Sequence record: DRR378314_524
Length of the DNA: 50,841 nucleotides
Reading direction: 5' to 3' (one strand)
The notes under the pieces were generated by a model. The model did no database searches and was not told the DNA's origin. It saw only the letters and a program-made list of their open reading frames with translations. Of this stretch, positions 48,547 to 50,841 are shown piece after piece. Position 1 is the first letter of the stretch. Every line of letters begins with the position of its first letter. The position numbers and the translations under genes are program-made.

Positions 48547-49629
48547 TTAAAGGCGCGCAGTGTGTGTCTTAAAGTCGGCCAGAGCCCGGCCCCAAATATC
48601 TTCTTCAGGCCGGTCCAGCTCCAACAGAGCCGCCACCAGCTGGTTGGAATAGTCATCACTGGATTCCAGCGGCAACATGGACGGCAAATGATCTATTGCG
48701 GTCACTTCCAGTGGGTTTTCGCCGTCAACAACCCGAATGACCGGGTCATCAAATGTTGTACTCCGGTTATAAATCGGGATGGGGTTGTAGGCACTTTCGG
48801 GATCACAGCTGACATCTGAAATAACGGCCAGTTTACGATCCGGGACCTCAATATCTTTCGCTGTCACAAATCGGGGGCAATCCTGTGTTGCCAGAATGCA
48901 GTTCACGAAAATTGAATGCTGCTGAATTTCTGGAAAGGGTCCACCGGATGCAGTTTCTTCCATATCCCATCCCGTGACGTCCAGCTCCAAATGATTACCA
49001 AGATCCACGGCACCGCTCCCGCTTCGGCCATGAGCGCCAATAACGATCAGGCTTGGTTTACCCTCTAGTTCAGCCAGTTCACCGTTCAGTTCGTTCAGTA
49101 GGCTTTCCACGTTGGGATAATCGCCAACCTCTGACAGGGATGGGTTTTGACCCGCTTTCATTCCGCTCCAGGCTTTAACGGCAACGGCAGCACCGGCAAA
49201 TCCCGCCCAATAGCCAAAGGCCGCAACCCGGCGGCCTGTCTCATCCACCAGACATTCCAAATCGTACAGCGTACCCTTGCCAGCGACAAACCGGCCCAGA
49301 GTTTTCTGCCAACCGGGCTGATCTTTATACACATGTCCGAAATAGATGTGCCGATGCACAAGATCTGTATCAGCATGCGGTAATTCCTTGACCCCAAGGA
49401 CATAGGCATCAACAGGCGCATTGGGCCAGCTTCCCTGCTCCGCAATCTCGCATCCAACTGCTTCATAGTCTTCAATGGCAATACATCTATCTGGTGACTT
49501 TTCAACCGTCACACGATATCCAGCCTTCATCAGCAGCTTGACATCCCGTGGGACAAGCGCCACCCGCTTTTCATGGGCTTTATGTTCTGTGCGAACCCAG
49601 ATATGGGCTTTTTTGTTTGCGTCCGACAT
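48547..49629 (-). CDS. Saccharopine dehydrogenase, lysine-forming / lysine-ketoglutarate reductase (Lys1-like)
   Basis: R.E.K..E.R, GVKELP, HIYFGHVYK.Q.GW, RRVAAFG.WAG, GRSGSGA and IDHLPSMLP.ESS. Confidence 0.9.
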   Translation of the reverse strand: MSDANKKAHIWVRTEHKAHEKRVALVPRDVKLLMKAGYRVTVEKSPDRCIAIEDYEAVGCEIAEQGSWPNAPVDAYVLGVKELPHADTDLVHRHIYFGHVYKDQPGWQKTLGRFVAGKGTLYDLECLVDETGRRVAAFGYWAGFAGAAVAVKAWSGMKAGQNPSLSEVGDYPNVESLLNELNGELAELEGKPSLIVIGAHGRSGSGAVDLGNHLELDVTGWDMEETASGGPFPEIQQHSIFVNCILATQDCPRFVTAKDIEVPDRKLAVISDVSCDPESAYNPIPIYNRSTTFDDPVIRVVDGENPLEVTAIDHLPSMLPLESSDDYSNQLVAALLELDRPEEDIWGRALADFKTHTARL

Positions 49630-49798
49630 TCTTTAAAAATTACCATTTTGGAAATCCAGAAGCAGGGACACTACTCAATTAAGCCGATGACTTCCAGCCC
49701 CAAAAATCGCTGGTGGTTCCGGTTTGCTGTTTCGCAGCAAAAGAAGGCAGACAACAGTCCAAGTCTGATAATTAGGAAATTGGTAAAAACCCTGAAGC

Positions 49799-50644
49799 TT
49801 AGCCGCCAACCTGATAATAAGGGGGAATGTCTCCATCGTTCAGCCCTTGATCCAGCCATTGGCTCCAGGCTTTTTCGATGCGTTCATAAGTCCCGTCGAC
49901 TGTAATCCGGCTCAACCCTTCATCCAGGAGCTTTGCAGCAAGTTCCGCTTTCTCGCTTTGCGCTCTGGAAAAAGACACATACAGGCCATAGGTCGCGTGC
50001 AAAGACACAGGTTCGGGTAGGTTTTTAATCTGCAGCCCATGATCCGCCATCTGGTATTTGGCGACTTTTTCAAAAACCAGCGCATAATCTGCCCTGCCGC
50101 GGGCGACCATTGCCAGGGACTGTAGATCAGAGTCAACAAAGACTTTCCGGATCTTTGCATCCAAATCAAACTCGTCGGTGTAGGTATATCCCCGCACAAC
50201 TGCAAAGCGGGCTGTATGATAGGCAGAAGGGTCAAAATGTTTGGGATGATCTTTCCGCGCATAGATCAGGATTTTTCCATACACCAAAGGCTGATTGTGC
50301 AGGATATATTTGCGCCTGTTTTCATAAGAATTCGTGGTGTTGAAACACCCCAGAAAACTGCCATTCCCCACCTTTTCCATGCATCTGTTATAGGGAACAT
50401 AAACCAGTCGCAAATTACATCCGACCGACGCATAAGCCGCCCTGACGATATCGAAGGAAAAGCCATGCTGCTTGCCTTTATACAGGCCAGAATAGGGGAA
50501 AAAAGCATCTTCTGCGGCGAGGGTAACACTCTCGCCAGGAGCGCATTCAATTTCTTGCGACACAGCAAAAGAGCTGGTCACGCACATCAGGACATAAGCA
50601 ATAATACAATGGTAAATTGCTTTAATTTCGGCCCCCTTTTCCAT
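49799..50644 (-). CDS. Stand-alone periplasmic substrate-binding protein (family 3/PBP2-like)
   Basis: Signal-like segment, G...DIV.AA, VPY.R, VRGYTY and GRAD. Start uncertain: ATG at 50644; the ORF is open to 50725. Confidence 0.75.
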   Translation of the reverse strand: MEKGAEIKAIYHCIIAYVLMCVTSSFAVSQEIECAPGESVTLAAEDAFFPYSGLYKGKQHGFSFDIVRAAYASVGCNLRLVYVPYNRCMEKVGNGSFLGCFNTTNSYENRRKYILHNQPLVYGKILIYARKDHPKHFDPSAYHTARFAVVRGYTYTDEFDLDAKIRKVFVDSDLQSLAMVARGRADYALVFEKVAKYQMADHGLQIKNLPEPVSLHATYGLYVSFSRAQSEKAELAAKLLDEGLSRITVDGTYERIEKAWSQWLDQGLNDGDIPPYYQVGG

Positions 50645-50723
50645 GCGTCGACTGATTACACAACAAATATGAAAATTACTCACAAATATTAGGGTGGCAA
50701 AATATCCTTTACAATTTCTTAAC

Positions 50724-50756
50724 AAAAAAGCCGCGCCCTTTTTCAGGCACGGCTTT
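50724..50756 (-). terminator. Rho-independent terminator after the aldehyde dehydrogenase gene
   Basis: Minus strand AAAGCCGTGCC-loop-GGCGCGGCTTTTTT. Confidence 0.75.
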
Positions 50757-50783
50757 CTTAGCTTTAGTCATCTGTGGTAATGC

Positions 50784-50841
50784 CTAGTCGTCGGACCAGC
50801 CGCTCACTGATTTCACTTCCAGGAAGTCTTCCAGACCCCAG
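50784..50841 (-). CDS. Aldehyde dehydrogenase, C-terminal end (partial)
   Basis: Manual translation ...WGLEDFLEVKSVSGWSDD* fits the typical ALDH C-terminal G(L/I)E.(F/Y)LE.K motif. Confidence 0.75.
   Translation of the reverse strand, partial: WGLEDFLEVKSVSGWSDD

Noticed and set aside
1..50841. Prophage, IS elements, CRISPR arrays, defence systems, tRNAs
   Set aside because: I saw no integrase, transposase, cas or structural phage genes, no regularly spaced repeats and no tRNA-like sequences.

Overview
A gene-dense chromosomal segment, roughly 50% GC by eye, from an alphaproteobacterium. It is probably marine, inferred from gene content such as the proteobacterial sortase pair, Lys1/Lys9-type saccharopine genes and PleC/DivJ-like kinases. 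I saw no mobile elements, CRISPR arrays, tRNA or rRNA genes, or long repeats. From left to right: the 5' part of the RNase P RNA gene (rnpB), then amiD/ampD and djlA; an MFS transporter; a complete microaerobic respiration locus (fnrL-hemN-ccoNOQP-ccoGHIS, including ccoQ and ccoS, which the ORF track misses, and an FNR box); two tandem AidB-like acyl-CoA dehydrogenases opposite a GcvA-type LysR; an MBL hydrolase; a class III cyclase; a fused indolepyruvate oxidoreductase with an Lrp regulator; an envelope cluster (M15A peptidase, DUF3108, uppP, class GN sortase and its VIT/vWA substrate); a polyamine operon (ODC-fold decarboxylase, deoxyhypusine-synthase homologue, ureohydrolase); two orphan histidine kinases; a tupBCA tungstate transporter; assorted catabolic enzymes; the Lys1/Lys9-like saccharopine pair; and the 3' end of an aldehyde dehydrogenase gene. 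The best candidates for something new are (i) a sortase/substrate pair whose sorting signal has lost its LP (SLATASP) while the enzyme seems to have a shortened loop, (ii) the decarboxylase-DHS-ureohydrolase operon, which implies an agmatine-based homospermidine route fed by an ODC-fold enzyme, (iii) the LysR-controlled AidB-like pair of unknown substrate, and (iv) a crotonase lacking both canonical catalytic glutamates. All assignments come from recognising motifs by eye; no database searches were run.
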